From: Opitutales bacterium
GTDB lineage: Bacteria > Verrucomicrobiota > Verrucomicrobiia > Opitutales > JAFGAQ01
Reading direction: 5' to 3'
DNA: 64,000 bases
Assembly: GCA_022361075.1 (NCBI GenBank)
Contig: JAKSBQ010000466.1
Location: 7,680-71,679 of the forward strand
Positions within the stretch are counted from its first letter, which is position 1. Every line of letters begins with the position of its first letter. A program made the position numbers and the translations under genes. This document shows positions 14,874 to 24,283 of this stretch, one piece after another. Under the pieces are notes generated by a model. That model was given only the letters and a program-made list of their open reading frames with translations. It ran no database searches and was not told the DNA's origin.

Positions 14874-17236
14874 TGAATCTCAGAATTGTCTCCTTGCTTT
14901 TGCCCCTGTGCATGTTCAGTGCAGTGGCATTGGCAAAAGTCACCACCTACCACTTCCCGGATGAGATCAAGAAGTCTCATCTGTACGAAGTGAGCGTAGT
15001 CCAGGAAGGTCAACTGTCAGATGCCTTTGTCCATCTCTCGGAGTGCCCGGAACAAGTGAACCCAAGGGAAAAGATTCTACCGATGCTCTACGATCGAACC
15101 CTTTCGTGGACGAACTTTACGTTCGAAGACGGAGCGGTGGAAATCGTGGTTAAGAAGAATTACGGTGAGCTGGCAAAGGACGTCATCATTGCGCCCAATC
15201 GCGCAGGTGCTCGCATCAATTGGTTCGACGGGCACACCGTGAGCTTCACTCTCGATACGCCTGAATACGTTTCAGTGAGATTCGTCTGCGAAGAAAACTC
15301 AGATGAATACGACCAAATCCGCCACGCGCTGATGGTCTTTGCTGACGAGCCCGAAACCGATATTCCGAATCCGGAAGATGCGGACGTGCTAGTTTACTCC
15401 GGAAAAATCGATCCAACAGGTGCGAAAACCATTTATTTCGGACCGGGAGTTTATGATCTCACAGAAGAACTCCCCAACGGGATGCTGCCTTTGCATGACA
15501 ATCAGGAGGTTTACATTCACCCCGAAGCATTCGTTTACGGAGGGATTCAGGCACCGGGCACTTACAACGTGAAAGTTTATGGCCGAGGAGTCCTTTGTGG
15601 GACAAAACAGCCTTTTCACTATCCCGGGCTTCCGCAAATTCTGGAACTTGAGCCGTGGAACTATCGCTCCAATGTTCACCGTGGCGGGTATGCAACTGTT
15701 AAAGGCATCACTTTGCTCGAATCCTTCAATCACAACGTCGCTATTCCTCCCCACAGCTATGTCAAAAACCTCAAAATCATGGCGTGGAAGGTGAACAACG
15801 ACGGAATTCGCCCTGGCGATCACTGCATCATCGATCATGTGTTCATGAAGGTGTCAGATGATCATCTTTACGCATTCGGAGAAGCCCTCATCACCAACAG
15901 CCTGTTCTGGCCCATGTGGAACGGCGCGATCCTTCAGCTGAGCTGGGGTGACTACGGCGGAGCAGGAACGCGGTTCATGAACAACACGATCATCAATGCC
16001 GAGTGGAACCAGCTCTGGCACAACAACGGTGTGATCGCTTCCCAGGCAAGACCGGACTCAATTAACGGAAAGATCCTTATCCAGGATCTCTACGTCGAAG
16101 GAGATCTAAATGCGCTGGCAAACCTCCACTTCTCCTCATTCGCAAAAGGAAATTACGATTGGTACGGACACATTAGCGACATCACGTTTCGAAATGTTGA
16201 GATCACTGGACATCAAATCTGGCTCAACGAACACCAAACCTGGTATGACCATATTTCGGACGATCTCGTTTTTGACATGATCGAGGGTGAAGTGGTTCGA
16301 GGAGGGAAGAGCTACATCGGTGGCTACATTTCAGATGATGGGAACATCGCCCCCATCCATCACATTGTATTTGAGAACGTGAAGATCGGTGGGACTCAGC
16401 TTACCGAGAAAAATCACTCAGACTTCGTGGCGATCGATCCCAAGACGACTCATAACATCCGATTCATCGATACCAACAATTTTGACAGTCATCTGTCCCA
16501 CCGGCCAGGCTACACGCGATCTAACGAGTATCACACTGAACGAACTGGTGCGGGTCGCTATGATCAAGGACACAAAGATCCTTCAAACCCATACCACTCC
16601 GGTTGGCTCAAAAAAGGTGAAAATGCCTCCTGGACAGTCGATTTACCCCAACCAGGTTTGTATGACATCAAATTTTCTGTCGGAAGTGGACTGGCAGACG
16701 CTTCGTTCAAGTGTCGAGTAGCAAATCAAGAAACTGATACCTTTGAAATCTCTCCGATCACAGACAACGGTTACAACTTCCATAAACTCGTTACGCAAAA
16801 ACCTGTCGAATTGACTGCTGGCGAGTGCACCCTCGTTCTGGAAGTTACGGACGGCATTTGCCAACCAGACTACATCGAAATCACCCCACACACCGGTGAA
16901 ATTCCCGAGGTCGATGTAAAAGTAACAAGCGTGAGCGTCATGCGCATCGCCGGAGACGACTGGATCGGTGCAGGCTTAAACGTGGGCGTTGTTCCTGACG
17001 AGCTACGCTTCAATTCAAGGCACGGAGTCGTCATCAACGCGGATGAACGAGGCCCAAGAGAACCAATTCCGGCAAGCCAAGTTTCCGTGTTTGATCGATC
17101 CGGAGAAGAGTTGATCCACGTTCGCTCAAATGATCTAGTCCGGAACATAGACATCTCCCGAATCCCACACGGACCTTACCTGGTGCTTTTCACCGATCGG
17201 AAAAGCTTTTGGATCGCGAAGCAGATTGTAAAGTAG
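14873..17236 (+). CDS. Secreted right-handed beta-helix glycoside hydrolase (GH49/GH28-like motifs) with CBM-like domain and C-terminal beta-sandwich tail
   Basis: Signal peptide MNLRIVSLLLPLCMFSAVALA. WKVNNDGIRPGDHCIIDHVFMKVSDDHLY shows the NxDG...DD catalytic pattern of beta-helix hydrolases. A CBM6/35-like segment is present (GWLKKGENASWTVDLPQPGLYDIKFSVGSG...PDYIEITPH). The start overlaps the upstream stop (TAATG). Confidence 0.5.
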   Translation: MNLRIVSLLLPLCMFSAVALAKVTTYHFPDEIKKSHLYEVSVVQEGQLSDAFVHLSECPEQVNPREKILPMLYDRTLSWTNFTFEDGAVEIVVKKNYGELAKDVIIAPNRAGARINWFDGHTVSFTLDTPEYVSVRFVCEENSDEYDQIRHALMVFADEPETDIPNPEDADVLVYSGKIDPTGAKTIYFGPGVYDLTEELPNGMLPLHDNQEVYIHPEAFVYGGIQAPGTYNVKVYGRGVLCGTKQPFHYPGLPQILELEPWNYRSNVHRGGYATVKGITLLESFNHNVAIPPHSYVKNLKIMAWKVNNDGIRPGDHCIIDHVFMKVSDDHLYAFGEALITNSLFWPMWNGAILQLSWGDYGGAGTRFMNNTIINAEWNQLWHNNGVIASQARPDSINGKILIQDLYVEGDLNALANLHFSSFAKGNYDWYGHISDITFRNVEITGHQIWLNEHQTWYDHISDDLVFDMIEGEVVRGGKSYIGGYISDDGNIAPIHHIVFENVKIGGTQLTEKNHSDFVAIDPKTTHNIRFIDTNNFDSHLSHRPGYTRSNEYHTERTGAGRYDQGHKDPSNPYHSGWLKKGENASWTVDLPQPGLYDIKFSVGSGLADASFKCRVANQETDTFEISPITDNGYNFHKLVTQKPVELTAGECTLVLEVTDGICQPDYIEITPHTGEIPEVDVKVTSVSVMRIAGDDWIGAGLNVGVVPDELRFNSRHGVVINADERGPREPIPASQVSVFDRSGEELIHVRSNDLVRNIDISRIPHGPYLVLFTDRKSFWIAKQIVK

Positions 17237-17279
17237 ACTTGCTTTGAGATAAACGCTTTATTCATGAACCATGAAAACA

Positions 17280-18596
17280 TCAAGCGGGTGCGAAGCGCCT
17301 TTTGTTCCCTGGTTTTGAATGATATTTCTTCCCGGACCGAAAGTAATTTGCCTTCGACCTCGGCTTGTACGATGGCGAACGCTTTTTACCCTGTCTTACG
17401 CCTACGCCCCTGCCCACACCTTTGGATTTGTATTGCGCTTCCAGGGTTTCAGCGTGGCGAGGTTGCTCGTAATCGACTTCAATACTTTGCTTGATCACGC
17501 GTTCCACTTGTCGCAACTCTTTGAACTCTTCCTCGCAACAAAAGGAAATTGCCATTCCTTCAGCTCCGGCCCGAGCGGTCCGCCCGATTCGATGTACGTA
17601 GGCCTCAGGTTCAACAGGCATATCGAAATTAACCACAAGAGTTACCCCCTTCACATCGATACCCCGTGCGGCCACATCAGTTGCCACGAGAACTGGTAGA
17701 CTCCCATTTTTGAACCCCTCCAACGCACGCTGCCGAGCTCCTTGGGATTTGTTACCATGGATTGCGCTGGACTTCACTCCAACTTTTGCAAGGTCGGTCA
17801 CCAAACGATTCGCACCATGCTTGGTCCGACTAAATACCAAACAACGTGAATCCCTATTCTGGATCTGTCCTTTCATGAGAATCTTGAGCAACTCACGCTT
17901 CTCCTTCTTCATCACCCAGCAAAGACGTTGTTCGACTTTCTCAGCGGTCGACGATACGGGATTTACTTTAACCTCCACAGGATCTGTCAGAAGGCTGTTT
18001 ACCAAATTCATAACCGAATTCGGCATCGTCGCAGAAAAGAGCAAAGTCTGGCGATCCTTGCGAATATCTGCCGCGATCCTCTGAACTTCTCTGGAAAATC
18101 CCATGTCCAGCATGCGATCTGCCTCATCCAATACAAAATACTTCACTCCATCTGCTTTGTAGAAACCCTGCTTCTTCAAATCCAGCAAACGGCCTGGACA
18201 CGCCACTAGAACATCCACCCCTTTTCTAAGAGCGGCTTTTTGAGGGCCAAAGCCAACACCGCCAAACACCTGAAGTGTCTTGAACCCAAGTCCATCACCA
18301 TAAGTTTCAAAACTTTCAGCCACTTGAACTGCTAACTCTCTAGTAGGAGTGAGTACCAAAACCCGGGTAGTGAACGGTTTACGCCTAACTCTCTCTTCGC
18401 TTAAATGATGAAGCAAGGGCAGAGCAAAAGCCGCAGTCTTACCAGTTCCTGTCTGCGCACAACCGAGTAAATCTCTTTTCTCCAATAAGTGAGGAATCGC
18501 CTGTTGCTGGATTGGCGTAGGTATTTCGTATCCCTTTTGAGCCAAATTCTCTTGAATCTGAGTACATAGACTCAGTTTTTTAAATGTAGTATTCAT
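17280..18596 (-). CDS. rhlE: DEAD-box ATP-dependent RNA helicase (RhlE-like) with basic C-terminal tail
   Basis: Q motif GYEIPTPIQQQAIP, motif I AQTGTGKTAAF, DEAD in VLDEADRMLDMGF, SAT, and HRIGRTARAG. The start is MNTTFKKLSL (CAT 18594-18596), matching the usual N-terminus; the 66 upstream codons of the ORF have no helicase features. Confidence 0.9.
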   Translation of the reverse strand: MNTTFKKLSLCTQIQENLAQKGYEIPTPIQQQAIPHLLEKRDLLGCAQTGTGKTAAFALPLLHHLSEERVRRKPFTTRVLVLTPTRELAVQVAESFETYGDGLGFKTLQVFGGVGFGPQKAALRKGVDVLVACPGRLLDLKKQGFYKADGVKYFVLDEADRMLDMGFSREVQRIAADIRKDRQTLLFSATMPNSVMNLVNSLLTDPVEVKVNPVSSTAEKVEQRLCWVMKKEKRELLKILMKGQIQNRDSRCLVFSRTKHGANRLVTDLAKVGVKSSAIHGNKSQGARQRALEGFKNGSLPVLVATDVAARGIDVKGVTLVVNFDMPVEPEAYVHRIGRTARAGAEGMAISFCCEEEFKELRQVERVIKQSIEVDYEQPRHAETLEAQYKSKGVGRGVGVRQGKKRSPSYKPRSKANYFRSGKKYHSKPGNKRRFAPA

Positions 18597-18874
18597 ATGA
18601 TGTCCGGGTATCCGGAAGTGCAGATCGTTATTCGAATGAACTGCAGTACGGTGGATTACTTGATCCATTCCCATTTCCACCGTTGGAATGGTCGCGGGGC
18701 TTTCGGGACGATTTTGAGACGCCCACGGCGGACTTTCCGCCAAGCCAAAGAAGCTGGAGATACCGACAGAACTTCTCACGAAATGCAAGATCATATCATG
18801 CGCTATTTTTATCGCGCAATTTTATTTGTGAATTTTTTTTCGTATTTTTATTTGAAATGTAAAAATTTCTTTCT

Positions 18875-19240
18875 ATGCTAGGAAACATGCATCACATCGA
18901 AAGAGTTGAAATACGAACCAACGGATTCAAGGCGAGTCCCAACCTGCTAGGCCATATTGAAAATCAGCTGAACAAAGTATTCCGTCACGAAAACAGAATC
19001 GAGAAGATACAAATCCATCTCACCAAATATGCTGTCGGCGAAAACTTAAGCGTCTACACCCTTATCGGAAAGCTTTCGGTGCCCGGCCCTGATTTGATCC
19101 TCGAAGAAAATGATGAAAATTTAGAGAGACTTATCAGTAAATCTTCGCACAAATTCGACCGATTGATCCGCAAACGATCAAGAAAGCGTATTTCGCTTCG
19201 CAAGAAAATTTCGCTGGAAGACATGCCGGTAGCGGCGTGA
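18875..19240 (+). CDS. hpf: Ribosome hibernation-promoting factor / RaiA (sigma-54 modulation protein) family, short form
   Basis: VEIRTNGFKASPNLLGHIENQLNKVFRHENRIEKIQIHL...GKLSVPGPDLILEENDENLERLISKSSHKFDRLIRKRSRK follows the HPF beta-alpha-beta3-alpha pattern and has the basic tail. The start could instead be the ATG at 18887. Confidence 0.6.
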   Translation: MLGNMHHIERVEIRTNGFKASPNLLGHIENQLNKVFRHENRIEKIQIHLTKYAVGENLSVYTLIGKLSVPGPDLILEENDENLERLISKSSHKFDRLIRKRSRKRISLRKKISLEDMPVAA

Positions 19241-19270
19241 CCCATTTCAGGTTATCTCATCCATTATTAA

Positions 19271-19300
19271 AGCACTCCACAATGGAGTGCTTTTTTATTT
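19271..19300. terminator. Bidirectional rho-independent terminator
   Basis: AGCACTCCA-caa-TGGAGTGCT (19271-19291) is followed by TTTTTTATTT on the plus strand and preceded by an A/T-rich run for the minus strand. It sits between the convergent genes hpf and the kinase-like ORF. Confidence 0.8.
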
Positions 19301-20224
19301 CATCTTGTTCTTTTCGCGAAGAAAGTCCTCATATTCCTCTGTGCGTTGGAGCAGCTCAAAATCTACCAAGGCGTATTCGAATTCGCCATTGCGCTTGATG
19401 ATTTTGCCATCTTTCCCCTCGCGAAGAATGATATGCTGAGGTTTGTTATCCAAAACTCTAAAACCCTTCTCCTTGAGCTCCTTTTCGATACGCAAGGTTA
19501 ATTCACGTGCTTCTGCTTCCGAGATCAAACCTTCTGCCGCATGTACCGCGGCGTTCCAACCCTTCACCCACGCAAAAAGATACACATATTGTTGGTCTAT
19601 GTTCAGTTCGACCTGTGAGTATTTTGGGTCGCTGTTTTTCTGCGCCCGCAATCGATACTTGTCGAAACGGCTCTTCTCACGTCCCAGTTTCCATGCAGGT
19701 ACTCTTTTCGAGGGTGAAAAGATGGCTACCGGGTGCTTGGTTTTAATCCTGAGGCTTTTGTCACCAAAATGACCGTTTCTCAAATCGATCAACAGACCAA
19801 ATTCCTGAAAGGGGTCGTTGAACTCAGCATCTCCGACATCCTCAGGCATCTTATCCGGAAAAGTTTTTGCGACATGCAACGGAACTGCTTCAGCGAATCT
19901 TGAAAATTTCACAACCAAATCGCAGGGGTTACCGTGTCGATTTTCTGTTGGAACTCGATACACCTTGCCGCTTCCCTCGATGAGATGTTCGCCGTTCGTA
20001 GAATACGTTTTATCGGTATACCAGTTATCAGCTTGTAAATTATCCAGCAGTCTCCATCCCAAACGAGTTATATAAAACTCATTTCCTACCTCATCTTTCA
20101 AGTAAGCGTACCACACCCCGTAAACCCTCACCCTGCTCTCAGCAGGAACTTCGGAAAATTTGTATTTTGGAGCGTCTTCAAAAGCGAGAGGCACCGGATT
20201 CAGATTAGGAATGGAATCAGACAT
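19295..20224 (-). CDS. Hypothetical protein with atypical protein-kinase-like (Kdo/WaaP/RIO-like) motif order
   Basis: 309 aa. In order: GSGKVYRV (G-loop-like), DLVVKFSRF (beta3 Lys), FQEFGLLIDLR (alphaC Glu), LDNKPQHIIL (catalytic-loop-like), ALVDFELL (DFG-like). No search was done, so the fold call is tentative. Confidence 0.35.
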   Translation of the reverse strand: MSDSIPNLNPVPLAFEDAPKYKFSEVPAESRVRVYGVWYAYLKDEVGNEFYITRLGWRLLDNLQADNWYTDKTYSTNGEHLIEGSGKVYRVPTENRHGNPCDLVVKFSRFAEAVPLHVAKTFPDKMPEDVGDAEFNDPFQEFGLLIDLRNGHFGDKSLRIKTKHPVAIFSPSKRVPAWKLGREKSRFDKYRLRAQKNSDPKYSQVELNIDQQYVYLFAWVKGWNAAVHAAEGLISEAEARELTLRIEKELKEKGFRVLDNKPQHIILREGKDGKIIKRNGEFEYALVDFELLQRTEEYEDFLREKNKMK

Positions 20225-20233
20225 GTTTTTTAG

Positions 20234-20530
20234 TTACTTAAGTGCTGAGATTAATGCACCCACATTGGTTTGTGACTCCAATGGGTGCCGCATCGGTGCA
20301 CCCTCATCGAATGTGTATTGATTGCACCGACCGACTTTCTCTTTGGACAAAATTCCAGAAGCTTCAAGTTCTGAGACGATTTTTTGCACCGCTCTTTCGG
20401 TGATTCCAACCTGAAGAGCAACATCTCTCAGGCGCATTTCAGGGTCTCTAACAAGGCAAATTAAGACGTGGCCATGGTTGCTCAGTAGAGTCCATCCTGT
20501 TTTCTCAACAATTTGATTATTTTTGATCAT
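20234..20530 (-). CDS. Small winged-helix transcriptional regulator
   Basis: 98 aa. LSNHGHVLICLVRDPEMRLRDVALQVGITERAVQKIVSELEASGILSKEKVGRCNQYTF is a wHTH. A 9-nt gap to the downstream kinase-like gene suggests an operon. Confidence 0.75.
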   Translation of the reverse strand: MIKNNQIVEKTGWTLLSNHGHVLICLVRDPEMRLRDVALQVGITERAVQKIVSELEASGILSKEKVGRCNQYTFDEGAPMRHPLESQTNVGALISALK

Positions 20531-20610
20531 AGCAAGTTGACATATTTTTATTCACGTAATTGTTTTCGTGTAAACTAATACGCGATTGAATATTTTCAAC
20601 TTAAAATTTA

Positions 20611-21537
20611 ATGCATCGATTCCGTAGAATTCTAGTTCATCTCTCTCTGGACGGTAAAGACACTGACATTCTCAACTATACTGCTGAGTTTGCGAGGATG
20701 AGTCGCGCAAACCGTATCGAGCTTCTTCACGTGATTCCAGAGGAGACCTTCGAGATATACGATTCCGATGCTGGCGCCGGCGAGAATTGGGTTTCGAAAA
20801 ACCTTGAGAAACTTATGAACGAGCAGAAACAATTTTTTGCTACCAATGTTTCGCCCGAGATCCAAATCCATACCAAACTCGCCAAAGGAAACACCGTGAT
20901 GGAAATCTTGAAACATTCTCTTGAGGCGGAACCGGATCTTATCGTCTTAAAAAAAGATTCCTCAAACTTCCTTTTTGCTGAGAAGATCTCCCGCAAAGCA
21001 GCTTGTGCTATCTTGATTCTCGAGGCCAATATGCAAGCGAACTTCAAAAAGATCCTGCTTCCCGTCGACTTCTCGGAGCAAACCTCAGACTGCATTCAAA
21101 TCGCTTCAAGCATTGCTAAAAATGGAGAAGATTGCAGGCTATTCCTATACCACTCGGTGGAGATGCCTAATTTCTACCCAAGCACCGGTATGACTTTGTC
21201 TGAAGTGAAAGAAAACTTGCTTGAAAAGGCGCAACGTAAAATGCAAAAACTCGAAAATTCCTGTGAGCCTGCTGACCTGCTTCACGAAACCTACCTATCA
21301 TCGGATCACGACTGTTGGAGAGGCATCAAGGACTTCTGCGAAAAACTTCACCCGGACCTAATCATCATGGGTAATCGCGGGACCCACAGCAAAAGCAAAT
21401 TGTTGCTTGGAGGGAATGCTGAACAAACTATCCGTCTCGCCAACTCTCCTATCCTCATTTTCAAGAAAACAGGAACCGGAGCCTCCGTTTTAAGTGAACT
21501 GATCAAGAGTGAAACTGAATTTACAGAAAAAGCATGA
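20611..21537 (+). CDS. Tandem universal stress protein (two UspA domains)
   Basis: Domain 1 is ILVHLSLDGKD...DLIVLKK. Domain 2 is KILLPVDFSEQT...DLIIMGNRGTHSKSKLLLGGNAEQTIRLANSPILIFK, with an ATP-binding G-2x-G-9x-G(S/T)-like motif. The stop overlaps the mrpA start (ATGA at 21534-21537). Confidence 0.85.
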   Translation: MHRFRRILVHLSLDGKDTDILNYTAEFARMSRANRIELLHVIPEETFEIYDSDAGAGENWVSKNLEKLMNEQKQFFATNVSPEIQIHTKLAKGNTVMEILKHSLEAEPDLIVLKKDSSNFLFAEKISRKAACAILILEANMQANFKKILLPVDFSEQTSDCIQIASSIAKNGEDCRLFLYHSVEMPNFYPSTGMTLSEVKENLLEKAQRKMQKLENSCEPADLLHETYLSSDHDCWRGIKDFCEKLHPDLIIMGNRGTHSKSKLLLGGNAEQTIRLANSPILIFKKTGTGASVLSELIKSETEFTEKA

Positions 21538-23861
21538 TTCCTATCCTACTTACGAGTCTTCCACTTGTTCTCGCGGTTGTTGTTTATTTCAACGGGCCAT
21601 TACGAGCCGCACTAACTGGAAAAATCGCTGCTGCATGTCTTCTCTTGCTGCTCGGTATCCTGGCATATGTCAGTTCCAGCCCATCTCTGCAACATTTACT
21701 CTCTTCGAGCATCGAATGGGTTCCTTCACTGGGAGTTGAGTTACTGTTCAGTGTAAATGGGTTCTCTCGCCTCATGCTTTTTCTGATTTTTGGCGTCGGA
21801 ACCGTCATCTTTTTTTACGCCTCCGACTACCTCAAGTCTCATCCTCAACAACACCGATTCCTTACAGTTCTTCTTATATTTTTGACCGGAATGACTGGCA
21901 TCGTCGTGTCCGACAATTTGATTCAACTATTCATTTTTTGGGAAGTAACGAGCGTCACTTCTTATCTCCTAATTGGATTCAAGCACGAAGACGCCAAATC
22001 AAGGTGGAACGCTTTACAGGCACTTCTCGTAACAGGATCGGGCGGTGTTGTCCTGCTACTTGGATTCATCCTACTCGGTTCAATCGCGGGATCTTTCGAC
22101 TTTCAACAGATCGTTCAATCAAAGGAATCAATCCTTGCCCACCCGTATGCGGTTCCGGCCGCAATCTGCATTTTAATTGGAGCTCTCACCAAATCCGGGC
22201 AGTTTCCCTTCCACTTTTGGTTACCGAATGCCATGAGTGCTCCCACGCCAGTCAGCGCATTTCTGCACTCAGCAACCATGGTGAAAGCGGGGGTATTCAT
22301 TGTAGCGAAATTCACTCCGATCTTTACAACTCAGCCTTACTGGGATTGGCCACTGGTAGCTCTGGGTTCGATCACCATGCTCTATGCATCCGTGATGGGA
22401 CTGATGCAGAGTGATTTGAAGAAAATCCTGGCCTACACAACATTGGCAGTGCTCGGATTGCTCATGATGCTTCTGGGTGTGGGAACAGAATTGGCAGTGA
22501 AGTCGGCCATCGTTTTCCTGCTTGGACACGCCCTCTACAAATCAGTTCTGTTCCTCAGTGCAGGTTCGATCGATCATGCCGTGCACACAAGGGAAGTGGG
22601 TAAACTGGGAGGACTCTTCCGATGGATGCCTCTAACTGCGATCACAGCTTGTCTTGCGGCGCTGTCCAAATCTGGCTTTCCACCTTTTTTTGGCTTTCTC
22701 AGCAAGGAATATGTTTACAAGGCGGGTCTCGCTGAGGAGGCCATCGCCCCGTTCATCATTGCGATGGCGGTGCTCACTAACATGTTGCTTATGGCGCTAG
22801 CACTTAAGGTCGGTGTACATCCTTATTTTTCTAAAAAAAATTCGGTCCCAGCGGCGGGGAAAGCTCACGACCCTTCACCCTGGATGACCTTTGGGCCTCT
22901 CATGCTTGCAAGCCTGGGTTTGGCAATCGGGATGTTTCCGGCCTGGATTAGCGAGCATGTGACCAATCCAGCCGTCTCCACCATCCTCATGTCTGAGGTT
23001 TCGATCTCAATGAAACTTTGGCATGGGCTCAATCTCCCACTCCTGCTCAGCGTTCTCACTTTGGCCGGAGGGTTGAGTGTTTATGCAATGCGCCACAATC
23101 GCATCTTCGACAAGACCAGAGAATCCACCATCACCGACCCTTTTGAAAAGATTTATCGCTCCGGTCACGACGGGCTGATAGCACTCACCATCTGGATAAC
23201 GGGGTTCATTCAGTCGGGTTCTTTGAAACGCTACTTCATTTGGATGATCAGTTTTTTCGTGTTTCTTGTGATGACGAAACTCATCCTAATCGGTGCTCCT
23301 CCCAAATCTTCATACGAGACGCCACTCACCCTGCTGGACGTAAGTATCAGCATCATGATGATCGCTGGCATGTTTGGCGCCCTTATCACAAAATCCAGAC
23401 TCATCATGCTTCTCGCCCTCAGTCTGGTCGGATTCGGCATTGCATGGATTTTTGCAGTTTACAGCGCTCCCGACCTGGCGATTACACAAATCCTGGTCGA
23501 GACGTTGATCGTGGTGCTCTTTGTTCTATGCATTAGAAAGATGTCGATGATCCGAAGCCTCACCAGAGTGTCTACACGTGTCCGGGACATCGCACTAGCC
23601 ACCCTTGCCGGTGCAATAATGACTGTGCTCGTACTTAAAAGTCAGTGGATCCAGTTTGCCCCATCGATCTCCGAGGAATTGATGGAATGGAGTTATCCAC
23701 TCGCAAAAGGGAAAAACGTCGTGAACGTGATCCTCGTAGACTTCCGGGCGCTTGATACCTTTGGAGAGATCATCGTACTCGGTATTGCCGCCCTTGGCGT
23801 CGGCATTCTAGTCACCTCCAACCGGTCTAAATCCAAGGAAAAATCTTCAAACACACCATGA
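21534..23861 (+). CDS. mrpA: Mrp/Mnh Na+(K+)/H+ antiporter subunit A (NuoL-like, with fused MnhB-like C-terminal domain)
   Basis: 775 aa, polytopic, with a NuoL/ND5-like core (FIFWEVTSVTSYLLIGF, PTPVSAFLHSATMVKAGV). It is the first of seven overlapping genes in canonical Mrp order. Confidence 0.9.
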   Translation: MIPILLTSLPLVLAVVVYFNGPLRAALTGKIAAACLLLLLGILAYVSSSPSLQHLLSSSIEWVPSLGVELLFSVNGFSRLMLFLIFGVGTVIFFYASDYLKSHPQQHRFLTVLLIFLTGMTGIVVSDNLIQLFIFWEVTSVTSYLLIGFKHEDAKSRWNALQALLVTGSGGVVLLLGFILLGSIAGSFDFQQIVQSKESILAHPYAVPAAICILIGALTKSGQFPFHFWLPNAMSAPTPVSAFLHSATMVKAGVFIVAKFTPIFTTQPYWDWPLVALGSITMLYASVMGLMQSDLKKILAYTTLAVLGLLMMLLGVGTELAVKSAIVFLLGHALYKSVLFLSAGSIDHAVHTREVGKLGGLFRWMPLTAITACLAALSKSGFPPFFGFLSKEYVYKAGLAEEAIAPFIIAMAVLTNMLLMALALKVGVHPYFSKKNSVPAAGKAHDPSPWMTFGPLMLASLGLAIGMFPAWISEHVTNPAVSTILMSEVSISMKLWHGLNLPLLLSVLTLAGGLSVYAMRHNRIFDKTRESTITDPFEKIYRSGHDGLIALTIWITGFIQSGSLKRYFIWMISFFVFLVMTKLILIGAPPKSSYETPLTLLDVSISIMMIAGMFGALITKSRLIMLLALSLVGFGIAWIFAVYSAPDLAITQILVETLIVVLFVLCIRKMSMIRSLTRVSTRVRDIALATLAGAIMTVLVLKSQWIQFAPSISEELMEWSYPLAKGKNVVNVILVDFRALDTFGEIIVLGIAALGVGILVTSNRSKSKEKSSNTP

Positions 23862-24283
23862 AATCCATCATCCTAACGCAAACCACCAAATTTCTGACGC
23901 CAGCATTCGTCATCTTGTCTCTATTTATCACTTACCGCGGACACAATCTGCCAGGAGGGGGATTTATCGGAGGTTTGATGCTCTCAACTGCGTTTGCGCT
24001 ACTCGCAGTCTCAGACGGTGTGGAAAAAGCACGTCACGCATTACGTGTCTCCCCGGAATTTCTCATCGCAGCCGGACTATGCATCGCCCTGATAAGCGGC
24101 CTACCAGCACTACTCGGAGACGACGCGTTTATGAAATCGTTGTGGTTACCTGAATTCTCATTGCCACTGTTAGGTAAAATCCACCTTGGGACACCGATCG
24201 TTTTTGACATCGGTGTCTTCATGACGGTGGCAGGATTCACTCTGAAAGTGTTTTTTAGCCTTTGCAGGGAGGAGGAAAACTAA
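23858..24283 (+). CDS. mrpB: Mrp antiporter subunit B
   Basis: 141 aa, RGHNLPGGGFIGGL motif, 4-nt overlap with mrpA. Confidence 0.85.
   Translation: MKSIILTQTTKFLTPAFVILSLFITYRGHNLPGGGFIGGLMLSTAFALLAVSDGVEKARHALRVSPEFLIAAGLCIALISGLPALLGDDAFMKSLWLPEFSLPLLGKIHLGTPIVFDIGVFMTVAGFTLKVFFSLCREEEN

Noticed and set aside
18597-18794. 66-codon N-terminal extension of the DEAD-box helicase
   Set aside because: The Q-motif region begins right after the Met at 18596, as in RhlE-type proteins, and the extension has no recognisable features. I treat it as 5' leader (see findings).
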